A stretch of 63,757 nt of DNA, the filler included, from Octopus bimaculoides (Eukaryota): NCBI RefSeq assembly GCF_001194135.2. It is 5 parts of 3 records of this genome, joined end to end, with 100 filler letters (N's around TTAATTAATTAA, not from the genome) between each part and the next. Parts side by side here need not be neighbours in the genome. Positions count along the whole stretch, not along the records: positions 1 to 31,162 come from NC_069004.1; 4 more parts are not named here. The stretch is one strand, 5' to 3'. Below, piece after piece: positions 12,335-23,324 of this stretch. Within the stretch, counting starts at the first letter, position 1. Every line of letters starts with the position of its first letter. A program made the position numbers and the translations under genes. The notes beneath the pieces were generated by a model. The model was not told the origin of the DNA. It searched no databases and saw only the letters and a list, made by a program, of their open reading frames with translations.

Positions 12335-12773
12335 TCTAGCTCAGCCTCAAGATTTGGAACAGCACACAATCTACCTCGAATACCAAGGCAACCTAGTTTG
12401 GCACCGGAAGGTTTCTGTGAAGACATTTTGTCCCACCGACCTCACTAATGAAACCCATACATGTAGCTATCTTTTCGCTTCGACTCCATTTAAAAGTTCT
12501 GAGGAACAACTGCAGCTGACAAGATTTTCCGTGGCCGAATCGTTTAGAAATCACTTCTGGAATGTTAGCAGACAAATCGAATTCCATTCTACGAGATCGC
12601 CTTCAACCAGCGATTCTACTCCAACTAATGTCCCAACCGCTGTTGGTAGCATCAAATTGACTAAAGACAATGAAGGTTTCCTCTTTTATAACGTCAACAA
12701 AGCCCTTAGATTATCTACGAGTATTTGGTTGATGGTCTTATCTTGTGTGGCCATTGTGCCGACACAATATTGA
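12335..12773 (+). CDS. Terminal coding exon: extracellular domain end, Ser/Thr-rich stalk and GPI-signal-like hydrophobic tail
   Basis: Acceptor ttttgtactttcag; 145 codons of non-repetitive open frame (LAQPQDLEQHTIYLEYQGNLVW...SPSTSDSTPTNVPT...NKALRLSTSIWLMVLSCVAIVPTQY*). N-glycosylation sequons NET and NVS; poly(A) signal cluster follows. Confidence 0.7.
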
Positions 12774-12821
12774 AATCCCACATTTTCTATTTTATTTATT
12801 TTTCTGTTGCTGTAAATTCCA

Positions 12822-12895
12822 ATTAAAGGAAATGGTAATAAAGTAGAATGCAATAAATAGATTAAAGAGAAATAAACGTTACCGTGTTTTTATTT
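12822..12895 (+). terminator. Polyadenylation signal cluster
   Basis: AATAAA at 12837, 12852 and 12871, ATTAAA at 12822 and 12861, then GT/T-rich gtgtttttattttt, 50-120 nt after the stop. Confidence 0.6.
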
Positions 12896-12987
12896 TTAAA
12901 CTCTTTGCTTGTCCAAAGCATCTTCATAAGATCTCCTAAGCGTTCTTGTTTGTTTTCAGGCTTTTAACGAACCCCTTGTTTCATACT

Positions 12988-13404
12988 CTCTTTTTACTCT
13001 TTTACTCTTTTAGCTGTTTCAGTCATTTGACTGTGGTGATGCTGGAGCACCGCCTTTGGTCGAGCAAATCGCCCCCAGAACTTATTCTTTGTAAGCCTAG
13101 TACTTATTCTATCGGTCTCTTTTGCCGAACCGCGAAGTTACGGGGACGTAAACACACCAGCATCGGTTGTCAAGCGATGTTGGGGGTGGGGACAAACACA
13201 GACATACAAACACATACATACATATATATACATATATACGACGGGCTTCTTCCAGTTTCCGTCTACCAAATCCACTCACAAGGCTTTGGTCGGCCCGAGG
13301 CTATAGTTGAAGACACTTGCCCAAAGTGCCACGCAGTGGGACTGAACCCGGAACCATGTGGTTCGTAAGCAAGCTACTTACCACACAGCCACTCCTACGC
13401 CTAT
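12988..13404 (-). mobile_element. SINE family A, full length (reference copy)
   Basis: Head ggcgtaggagtggctgtgtggtaag...gggttcagtccc (Pol III A/B boxes), central (TA/TG)n tract, tail cagtcaaatgactgaaac and (aaaag)n. Probably one of the known tRNA-derived octopus SINE families, not assignable without a search. Confidence 0.9.
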
Positions 13405-13584
13405 GCATTATGTATAATATAAAGCTTTCCTTTCATAAGTCCGAAATTACTCTGGCGGTTGAAGAAAATATAGGGAATGAGTATTATATGTGATGTGGGG
13501 ATGCCAAAGAAATATGTGCTTTGTGTCACATGTGATAAACAGGGCAAGTAAATAGTTTTAAATATTTCAGTCAAAAATTTTAGT

Positions 13585-13790
13585 CTGCTAGGCTGGACAT
13601 ATCGCAAGGTTCCGAGACAACATGTTAACCCGTGCAATCATTTAGTGACATCTAAAAGGCCACGCGAAAGACAACCACAACAACAATGGGAAGACGATTT
13701 AGTTAAAAGATATAGACCAAGTTGGACAGCAAGGGTGAAATCAAGAGTGAATTGGAAGTGCATTGTGACTAGTGGAACAAAACAACATTT
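13585..13790 (+). mobile_element. RTE-clade LINE 3' fragment
   Basis: *AGHIARFRDNMLTRAII ... KRPRERQPQQQWEDDLVK...W matches the WAGH...KRPRGRP.xRWxDD C-terminal pattern. Confidence 0.7.
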
Positions 13791-14204
13791 GATTGTCTGG
13801 TCGATACAGAGATTCGGGAGTTTTAGTGAAGAGAAAAAGGGTACTGCTCGTGGCACCTGTAACCTCTCCCAGTTTTGTGAGATCGATGTGATTGAAATTC
13901 ATCAGGAATATTTTAAGGGTTATTCATGCAGGAGGGAAAAACGACCCAACATAATACTTGGGTAAGTGACTGAAGAGATGAAAGTGTACTATTCGGGGTC
14001 TAGAATGTGAAATACAATAAGGCTGATGACAAAATGAAATACTGAAGAGTCGCATGGACTCGAGTAGGGGTCAAGGTATACAGTTTGCTAGTTCAGAAGA
14101 ACAGCAGAAACCAAAGTTGTTATAATAAAAATAAAAGAAGGGAGAGGCAAGTGCATATTTGCCGTCCAGTGCCTGTTGCAGATGGATTGGACAGCCCTGG
14201 TCAA

Positions 14205-14420
14205 TCAGTGGCTTAAACCACTCCGGGTTGGAGTTTCCAGTTCTTTCCACAATAATCCCCCGACACCACGAGCCCTGCATTTAATGACTTTAGCCAGGGT
14301 CGTCGGAACAGAACACACCTTCCATTGCCCGAACGAAGCCGAACTTTCAGCGGCTGCTTGGTTGATTACTTCCTTATGGATTTCGACCCTTTTAGTTTGC
14401 CCAGAACTACGCCAAATTTT
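14205..14420 (-). CDS. Possible exon in a GC-richer unique island
   Basis: After AG at 14421-14422 a phase-0 frame reads 71 codons KIWRSSGQTKRVEIHKEV...LLWKELETPTRSGLSH*. The acceptor is weak and the plus strand is also open, so this is ambiguous. Confidence 0.2.
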   Translation of the reverse strand, partial: KIWRSSGQTKRVEIHKEVINQAAAESSASFGQWKVCSVPTTLAKVIKCRARGVGGLLWKELETPTRSGLSH

Positions 14421-14677
14421 CTTATTTATTAAAAACGAAATTCAGTTTCCATTATTGTTAGAAATTAAAATATTTCGTTGCCATGTTGTAATTCAATATG
14501 ATTAATTTAAATTGAAGTTTTCATCAAGGCTTTAGTAATTAAAGAGTTATTCGCTTGGCATTATTTATGCCATTAATTATGAGGTAGGAAATGTTCTTTT
14601 GGGGCTCGGGTTGTGAGGATTAAAAAGAGTGGATTTTGATCTCGTCCATTATCATGATAAAGAAGAAGGATTATATA

Positions 14678-14845
14678 GATGCAGGGCTAGCTGTGTGGGA
14701 AGAAGTTTGCTTCCCAACCACATCGTTCCGGTTTCAGTTCCATCACATGGCACCTTGGACAAGTGTCTTCTACTATAAGCTTCAGGCCAACCAATGCCTT
14801 GTGAGTGGATTTGATGGACGGAAACTGAAAGTAGCCCGTCGTGTA
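14678..14845 (+). mobile_element. SINE family A 5' half
   Basis: Head through actgaaagtagcccgtcg then (TA)n into a gap. Confidence 0.8.
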
Positions 14846-15494
14846 TATATATATATATATATATNNNNNNNNNNNNNNNNNNNNNNNNNNNNNNNNNNNN
14901 NNNNNNNNNNNNNNNNNNNNNNNNNNNNNNNNNNNNNNNNNNNNNNNNNNNNNNNNNNNNNNNNNNNNNNNNNNNNNNNNNNNNNNNNNNNNNNNNNNNN
15001 NNNNNNNNNNNNNNNNNNNNNNNNNNNNNNNNNNNNNNNNNNNNNNNNNNNNNNNNNNNNNNNNNNNNNNNNNNNNNNNNNNNNNNNNNNNNNNNNNNNN
15101 NNNNNNNNNNNNNNNNNNNNNNNNNNNNNNNNNNNNNNNNNNNNNNNNNNNNNNNNNNNNNNNNNNNNNNNNNNNNNNNNNNNNNNNNNNNNNNNNNNNN
15201 NNNNNNNNNNNNNNNNNNNNNNNNNNNNNNNNNNNNNNNNNNNNNNNNNNNNNNNNNNNNNNNNNNNNNNNNNNNNNNNNNNNNNNNNNNNNNNNNNNNN
15301 NNNNNNNNNNNNNNNNNNNNNNNNNNNNNNNNNNNNNNNNNNNNNNNNNNNNNNNNNNNNNNNNNNNNNNNNNNNNNNNNNNNNNNNNNNNNNNNNNNNN
15401 NNNNNNNNNNNNNNNNNNNNNNNNNNNGGATATACATCCGTGTTAAAGCTGAACAAGGTCACTGAAAATAGAATTGAATGAGGGTTATCTAGAT

Positions 15495-15774
15495 CAGGGG
15501 TTTTCAAACTTTTTGACTTGCGGACCCCTTTATATTTCAGGCTTTACCTTAGGGACCTCCTTATAAACGCTTATGAAATTTATACATAAATATTTGCTTA
15601 AAATAACATATATTTTTACATTTATTTATTTAACGTTATTTAACAAATAGGTTTATTGTCAATTAAAAGATTTCGATTAAAAAAACATGTATAAAATCAA
15701 ATTGCCCATAAAAAGTATTTGCTGTCCACGGACCCCCTGTCTTGTCCTTGCGGACCACTGTTTGAAAACCCCTG
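15495..15774. mobile_element. hAT (Charlie/Buster-type) MITE, 280 bp
   Basis: Perfect 15-bp TIRs caggggttttcaaac / gtttgaaaacccctg; 8-bp TSD atctagat at 15487-15494 and 15775-15782 (NTCTAGAN target typical of Buster/Charlie hATs). Confidence 0.9.
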
Positions 15775-16202
15775 ATCTAGATTAACGTCTATTTAACTTA
15801 AGTTGATGGCGAATTTGACAGGTTAAACAAATGGGATTTAAGGGCACAATCCGAGCGCAAAAGGAACGAACGTGAAGACTCGGGTTTCGATACTTGCTCA
15901 GGAATCCGATATATCTCCTACAAATATTTTGCAGGAAAGAGAACTGGTATTTGTTTGTTTCAGATGCAAATGGTTTATGAGATCTCTGTGTGCTGTGTGT
16001 AGTAGTGGCAGCAGCAGCGGTGGTAGTAGTAGTGGTAGAGCTGATGGTAATCGTAAGAACCGAAACAGGATAATTCTTGCTATTTGAGGGATTATCAGAC
16101 ATTATAAAGTCTAGCATTTGTATAATCTTTAGTCGAGTGTTGTTCATGATGAGATTAGGTGAGGTACGAGGTTACTTCCATGATTGGGATTAAGGCCGAG
16201 TT

Positions 16203-16519
16203 TCTCTTTTACTCTTTTACTTGTTTCAGTTATTTGACTGTGGCCATGCTGGAGCACCACCTTTAGTCGAGCAAATCGACCCTAGCACTTATTCTTTGTA
16301 AGCCTAGTACTTATTCTATCGGTCTTTTTGGCCGAACCGCTAAGTTACAGGGACGTAGACACACCAGCATCGGTTGTCAAGCGATGTTGGGGAGGGGGAC
16401 AAACACAGACACACAAACATATACAAACACACACATATATATACATATATACGACGGGCTCCTTTCAGTTTCCGTCTACCAAATCCACTCACAAGGTTTT
16501 GGTCAGCCCGAGGCTATAG
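16203..16519 (-). mobile_element. SINE family A, head lost in gap
   Basis: Collinear with 12988-13404 from the tail to cccgaggctatag. Confidence 0.9.
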
Positions 16520-17320
16520 NNNNNNNNNNNNNNNNNNNNNNNNNNNNNNNNNNNNNNNNNNNNNNNNNNNNNNNNNNNNNNNNNNNNNNNNNNNNNNNNN
16601 NNNNNNNNNNNNNNNNNNNNNNNNNNNNNNNNNNNNNNNNNNNNNNNNNNNNNNNNNNNNNNNNNNNNNNNNNNNNNNNNNNNNNNNNNNNNNNNNNNNN
16701 NNNNNNNNNNNNNNNNNNNNNNNNNNNNNNNNNNNNNNNNNNNNNNNNNNNNNNNNNNNNNNNNNNNNNNNNNNNNNNNNNNNNNNNNNNNNNNNNNNNN
16801 NNNNNNNNNNNNNNNNNNNNNNNNNNNNNNNNNNNNNNNNNNNNNNNNNNNNNNNNNNNNNNNNNNNNNNNNNNNNNNNNNNNNNNNNNNNNNNNNNNNN
16901 NNNNNNNNNNNNNNNNNNNNNNNNNNNNNNNNNNNNNNNNNNNNNNNNNNNNNNNNNNNNNNNNNNNNNNNNNNNNNNNNNNNNNNNNNNNNNNNNNNNN
17001 NNNNNNNNNNNNNNNNNNNNNNNNNNNNNNNNNNNNNNNNNNNNNNNNNNNNNNNNNNNNNNNNNNNNNNNNNNNNNNNNNNNNNNNNNNNNNNNNNNNN
17101 NNNNNNNNNNNNNNNNNNNNNNNNNNNNNNNNNNAAACACTGTGTGTGTGTGTTTTGTGTGTTTGTGTGTGTGTGTGTGTGTGTGAGTGTTTGTGTGTGA
17201 CACATTCATGTCAGCACAGACATTTATATATGAGCATATGTATATATATATATATACGTACATATATAAATGTATATGCATACACACCACCCACCCACAC
17301 GCACACATATATATATATAC

Positions 17321-19992
17321 ACACCCAGAACCGCGCTAATGGCTTAGGAGTGAAATTTAGGATTTCTCGGTTTTCTGTGAATCGATTTTGATAAAACTTT
17401 TCCCAGCTGGTTTGCACACTATGGCAACACCATTGTTATGGTTTCATTATTCTGTGTAGAATCCTTTCTTTTTTATTTCAGATTCTTCACTTTTGGGGTG
17501 AACCACGCTAATAGCTTTTGAATGAAAATAGCCCACCCAGACATTTGTTTTTCAGAAAATGAAGGCTAATGATACATATTAAGCATTGAGTATATATTTA
17601 ACAGAAAACCATAATAATATTATTTATTGACATAATGAATTATGTAGCCACATGAGCGCCAAGGAAGAAATGATCCGATTGTAGGACCTCCAAGACTGTG
17701 ACAGATAGGGATTTAAGGAGTATTGGCCGCAAGTTATGTGGGAAATCTGGACAAACAAGCAAAGCCATTTCCGCCGCCTCCGGACTTCCTCATGTACCAA
17801 ATACTACCAGAAACCACATCCCCGGGACCATGGCTTCTGTGCAAGAAGCCCTGAAACTGCCTCCCCACAGGAGTTTGAAGCTTCAATGGCCCCAAAAGTA
17901 TATGGCATTAGACGAAACCAGGGTGACCCTTGATGAACCTGACGGTTGGGCAAATGGTTGGGTCTACTTTGGAGATGTCACCAACATTTACGACGCCAAG
18001 AAAAGGGTGGAGGAGTCATGTTGTGGGCTGGTATCATTGGGTACAGAGGTTAAAGAGACCGTAGCCGCCGACTTCAATCTCCTGAAGGGGGTCTTGCATC
18101 CCTGGCTAGATAGATACCGCTATCACTTCTAAGGAATCTCGTATTCATGCATGAGAACGCTCCCTCCCATTCTGCTAGAACCACCCAAACATTATTAGAG
18201 TCTTACGGCATACAAAGTGAAAGGTTGATGGTGTGGCTGCTAGTATCTCTGGATCTGAACCCTATCGAATACAGGGTGCGTAAGATATTTGAGGACAGAT
18301 TTATATTTATAAAAAAAAAACAAATATATAATAACAGATAATAACTTTTCTATAAGGTTATTCAATAAAGCCACCTTCAACTTCAACAACTGCTTCTATA
18401 TGAGATCTAAATCATCTACGTCCTCGAATCAAGTGGCCCTGGTTCATTTTGGACATTATTCTGACTATGGCAGCTTTCAAAGAATCTGTTGGTGTTATTG
18501 GCGTGTTCATTGAACTCCCTCTCTCGATAATGCTCTAAATGTAATAATCCAATGAATTAAGATCTGGGGAATTAGGAGGTCAAATGTTAGGGATTATGTG
18601 ATCATGAAATTTTTCAGCCATCCATTCCTGTGTCACTAGAGCCATATGTGAAAGTGCAGAGTCTTCCTGAAACACATATGGCCTTCCATTGCATACAATA
18701 TCTATCCAGAGCTTAGCAATTATTTCCAGAACCTCAGTGTAGGCGTAGAGTTAACTCTAAGGCCTTATGGAAAGAAGTAAGGAGGCATCACATGTCCTTC
18801 ATTGCTGACAGCCCCTAAAACCATGACAGCTGCAGGAAACTTTGTATGCATAACACTTGTAACTTCAGAAGGGTCTGCACATAACCATCTGTCATTTCTT
18901 CTGTTAACTTTCTAATCTTAGTCGAAGTTTTTCTCGTTTGAGTAAAACCAAATCAAATCTTCTTCTGGATTTTTCAGTTTGTTTAAGAGCCTTTTAGATT
19001 TGATGTAGTGATTTTCTTTTGCTTTTTCTGACAAACTGACCTTTCCCCATCATATAATACATATCTGATGTCTTTGTGGACAACATTTCTGACTGTTACT
19101 TCTGACACATGGAGATCTTTTGCAATTGACCTCATAGACTTTCTGGGATTGTAACCAATGGTCTGTTGAGCTTGCTGGATAAATTCAGGTGTTCTGATGA
19201 TTTCGGAGTGTTTAGAATGCTTTTTTATGCGTTGATACTGGTGATACGTTTCCAACTTCAGTCTCTAGCCCCTTACAAACTTTGTAGGCAAAAGATCTGG
19301 CAACTTTTAAAAATCGAGATATTTCTAAATCGCTATGCTCAGCCTTTATAACCACAATAACAGCATAGCTCTTCATTTCTTGAGTAAGCTGAGGGTCTGC
19401 CATTATTATTTTCTGAAACAAAGATTATACAGAGAAAGCAAAAAATTCAGCAATGACCCAAAAAAGGCATGTCTTCAAACACCTTATGCACCCTGCTTCT
19501 TTGATCCGCCATTAAATAAGATTTTATCCCGAAGGACGTCAATTTACGTCGAAAAATGTCTTATGGACGACCATGAAAGCTGCAGCAGAGGCAGTCCAAC
19601 TTGTTACAGTTAAGAAATTGTCAGATTCCATGATTAATAGGGTTTTTAAAGTTATCCATCGAAATGGCGCTCATGTGGCTACATAATTCATTATGCCAAT
19701 AAATGTTATAATATCATTATGGTTTTCTGTTAAATATATACTCATTGTATGCTTAATATGTATCATTACTCTTCATTTTCTGAAAAAAAAGAAGAAAAAA
19801 CTATCTAGATGAGCAATTTTCATTCAAAAGCTATTAACGTGGTTCATCCCAAAACTGAAGAATCTGAAATAAAAAAATAAAGGATTCTACACAGAATAAT
19901 GAAACCATAACAATGGTGTTGCCATAGTGTGCAAACCAGCTGGGAAATGTTTTATAGAAATCGATTAACAGAAAACCGAGAAATCCTAAATT
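17321..19992 (+). mobile_element. Decayed DD37E (TRT-like) Tc1 element with ~310-330 bp TIRs
   Basis: Inverted repeats 17354-17661 and 19665-19992. Transposase remnants DETRVTLDEPDGW, GGGVMLWAGII, and HENAPSH...DLNPIE with 37 residues between the second acidic residue (here E, from D) and the final E; C-terminus RQFTSKNVLW...SMINRVFKVI resumes at ~19530. Confidence 0.8.
18272..19495 (-). mobile_element. Decayed DD37D (maT-like) element nested in the DD37E element
   Basis: TIRs cagggtgcgtaagatatttgagg (18272) and its approximate reverse complement (19470-19495), left TA at 18270-18271. Remnants QEMKSYAVIV..KAEHSDLEI, RTPEF, HTKFPAAVMVLG, and FQEDSA...SPDLNSLDYY with 37-residue D-D spacing after restoring one frameshift. 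Confidence 0.85.
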
Positions 19993-20002
19993 GTTTTAAT
20001 TT

Positions 20003-20203
20003 TATTTGTTTCAGTCATTTGACTTGCGGCCATGCTGGAACACTGCCTTTAGTCGAGCAAATCAACCCCAGAACTTATTCTTTGTAGGTCTAGTACTTAT
20101 TTTATCGGTCTTTCTTGCCGAACCGCTAATGTTACGGGGACGAAAACACACCACCATCGGTTGTCAAGCGATGTTGGGGGCACAAACACAGACACACAAA
20201 CAT

Positions 20204-20250
<47 letters not shown>

Positions 20251-20650
20251 NNNNNNNNNNNNNNNNNNNNNNNNNNNNNNNNNNNNNNNNNNNNNNNNNN
20301 NNNNNNNNNNNNNNNNNNNNNNNNNNNNNNNNNNNNNNNNNNNNNNNNNNNNNNNNNNNNNNNNNNNNNNNNNNNNNNNNNNNNNNNNNNNNNNNNNNNN
20401 NNNNNNNNNNNNNNNNNNNNNNNNNNNNNNNNNNNNNNNNNNNNNNNNNNNNNNNNNNNNNNNNNNNNNNNNATATATATATATATATACGATGGGCTTC
20501 TTTCAGTTTCCGTCTACCAAATCCATTCACAAGGCTTTGGTCGGCTCGAGGCTACAGTAGAAGACGCTTGCCCAAGGTGCCACGCATTGGAACTGAACCC
20601 GGAACCATGTGGTTGGTAAGCAAGCTACTTAACACACAGCCACTCCTGCT
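20003..20650 (-). mobile_element. SINE family A, full length with internal gap
   Basis: Tail at 20003-20200, head at 20490-20650, central microsatellite partly N. Confidence 0.9.
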
Positions 20651-21143
20651 ATACACCTTCACACATATATGATTACGAAATACTATATGCATGCGCAGAA
20701 AAAAGAAAATGGTTTAAACGTATAATTCTGTAAGTCGGTATTCATATAAACCACTTTAGTTCGTTTCTGTCTGCGAGCAATTATTGTTTTCGACTTCAAC
20801 ACTTAGACATTTACATGCAATGATGTTTATACACACAAACATTACTTACTGACGCATACAGTATACGCATAGAGATACATACACAGACACATACAAAAAT
20901 ACGCACACGTACAGACACGCATAAGTAAATATATATGTATTCACACGCATGCATGCAAACACACATACGCACATACATACTTGTGTATGTACATATATAT
21001 ATATGTGGAAATATGTATTGCATATATGTATGTATGTATACAGGTATAATTGACAAGAAACGTGTTCACGTGTGTGCGCTCGTGTCTCACTGTCTCCGTC
21101 TGCGTATGAATATACGTATGCATACACACTGACACCCCCCCCC

Positions 21144-21182
<39 letters not shown>

Positions 21183-22696
21183 NNNNNNNNNNNNNNNNNN
21201 NNNNNNNNNNNNNNNNNNNNNNNNNNNNNNNNNNNNNNNNNNNNNNNNNNNNNNNNNNNNNNNNNNNNNNNNNNNNNNNNNNNNNNNNNNNNNNNNNNNN
21301 NNNNNNNNNNNNNNNNNNNNNNNNNNNNNNNNNNNNNNNNNNNNNNNNNNNNNNNNNNNNNNNNNNNNNNNNNNNNNNNNNNNNNNNNNNNNNNNNNNNN
21401 NNNNNNNNNNNNNNNNNNNNNNNNNNNNNNNNNNNNNNNNNNNNNNNNNNNNNNNNNNNNNNNNNNNNNNNNNNNNNNNNNNNNNNNNNNNNNNNNNNNN
21501 NNNNNNNNNNNNNNNNNNNNNNNNNNNNNNNNNNNNNNNNNNNNNNNNNNNNNNNNNNNNNNNNNNNNNNNNNNNNNNNNNNNNNNNNNNNNNNNNNNNN
21601 NNNNNNNNNNNNNNNNNNNNNNNNNNNNNNNNNNNNNNNNNNNNNNNNNNNNNNNNNNNNNNNNNNNNNNNNNNNNNNNNNNNNNNNNNNNNNNNNNNNN
21701 NNNNNNNNNNNNNNNNNNNNNNNNNNNNNNNNNNNNNNNNNNNNNNNNNNNNNNNNNNNNNNNNNNNNNNNNNNNNNNNNNNNNNNNNNNNNNNNNNNNN
21801 NNNNNNNNNNNNNNNNNNNNNNNNNNNNNNNNNNNNNNNNNNNNNNNNNNNNNNNNNNNNNNNNNNNNNNNNNNNNNNNNNNNNATATATATATATATAC
21901 GAGTTGCATTACAGAAGTTTTGAAGTTGTATTTTTTAGAAGAGGCAATTACAACTTCTTAGATTAGTATGATTTTAATATATATCATTACCGCATATCTA
22001 ATAAGCTGACCTGCCAACATTTGTTATTCCAGATTGAAGGAGACGAACTAAGCCTACTAAACATTGCTTACCGCAGCTGACTATTTCGTAGAATGGAGTC
22101 GGAACATGAAGACAATTTGGAAGTTCGTTATGCAGTGATGTTTTGTGTTAAACTGGGCAAGAACTCTGCAGAGACTTATGGAATTCTTCAGACTGCTTCA
22201 ATTTTTGGTTGACACAAGAGGCCAGTCAAAACAAGATCACCGAGGAACTCATAATGATCCCCTTTTTAACAGTAAGGGGATCATCTACATCCACTGGGTT
22301 TCCTCTGGCCTGACGGTCAACGAAGATTATTTTGTGAATGTTTTTAGGGAGTTCAAGAAAAGATTCCGTTGCTAAAGGCCGGAGCCCTTGCTCCAGTACA
22401 ATGCATCAGTCCACAATTCCATCCTAGTAAGCAATTACATGACAGAGATGGACTTCAAAACTATCCTTACAACTCTATACCTTGCTCCTTGAGACCTTTG
22501 GTCGTCGTCTTAGCTGAAGGAGAACCTCAGGGGTAATCATTTTGAAGACATTTAAAAGACGAAGGAGGCTTTGAAAAGGATCCGGAACACCTTCACTTTG
22601 GAAGACTTCCATGGGGCCTTCACGAAGTGGCTGGAGCGATACAATAAGTTCATTGAACTCAGAAGATTCCATTTTGAAAAAGATTAGATTTTTGTA

Positions 22697-23108
22697 AAGT
22701 AATGTTTGTCGCCACTTCAACATGGCTGTTCCGTACGAACCGACATTATTAGCCCCAAGAGGACGCCTCCCCTATTTTCTATATACTGTGAGCTGGAACG
22801 AACTACTGCTAACTATAGCGGACAGGGGTCCACCACTGAGGATGGGCAAAATTGCCCGAAACCGGAAGGTCTAGTGGTCCTGTCAAGTTGCCAGAAAATG
22901 GTAGGGGTTCGTTCCCCTGCTTGCAATATATATTGGGTGCAGATTGCATCGATAACCAGCTAAAGGAGGTGTCCTCACGAGGTTAAAAAATGGTAGTAAC
23001 TTCGGTTCGTACGGAACAGCCTTTCTGAAGTGGCAACGGATATTACTTCTCGGTATAGTTACTAGTTTCATCTCTTATAGAAATTTTCTAACTAGCTATT
23101 ATGCTTGT
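22697..23108 (+). mobile_element. 412-bp fold-back retro-insertion carrying a hammerhead ribozyme
   Basis: Flanked by a 14-bp near-perfect duplication (attagatttttgta 22683-22696 / attagagttttgta 23109-23122) of mariner sequence that is single in copy 1. Imperfect inverted arms from 22697 to 23048 include a perfect 20-bp ggctgttccgtacgaaccga pair. Confidence 0.8.
22821..22884 (+). ncRNA. Type I hammerhead ribozyme
   Basis: CUGAGGA 22836-22842, extra U, stem II GGGCA/UGCCC, GAAA 22858-22861, stem III ACC/GGU closed by a GGAA loop, GUC cleavage triplet (cut after 22871), stem I ccacca/tagtgg (one mismatch) plus gacagg/cctgtc. Confidence 0.8.
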
Positions 23109-23324
23109 ATTAGAGTTTTGTATTTCTTGAAATTTATAAATGCTTTTCCTTGAAAAGTCTCAGAAATTCTAGAATGCACCTCGTATTATTGTATATGCTA
23201 CACTACAAAATAAAGATGCAACATTGACATTCCGGCCATTGATGGTCCAGAACTTGTTAGGGTCCCTATACTAAGTTACAATGAAGTACAAGTACTGGTA
23301 TTTCTTTTAATTATGTTTTAGCCT

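Larger units (their letters stand above)
21900..23183 (+). mobile_element. Internally deleted mariner element, copy 2, both TIRs present
   Basis: ta-cgagttgcattacagaagtttt ... aaattctagaatgcacctcg-ta; MESEHEDNLEVRYAVMFCVKLGKNSAETY and FNSKGIIYIHWV..TVNEDYF..KKRFR remnants; carries the 22697-23108 insertion. Confidence 0.85.

Noticed and set aside
15875-15910. Minus-strand CUGAGCA...GAAAC...GUC
   Set aside because: G8 is missing and there are no stems I or II.
22697-23048. Interpretation of the fold-back element as a DNA-transposon MITE
   Set aside because: The duplication is 14 bp and lies 60 nt beyond the right arm, and pairing runs continuously into a ribozyme stem; this does not fit TIR-bounded cut-and-paste insertion.
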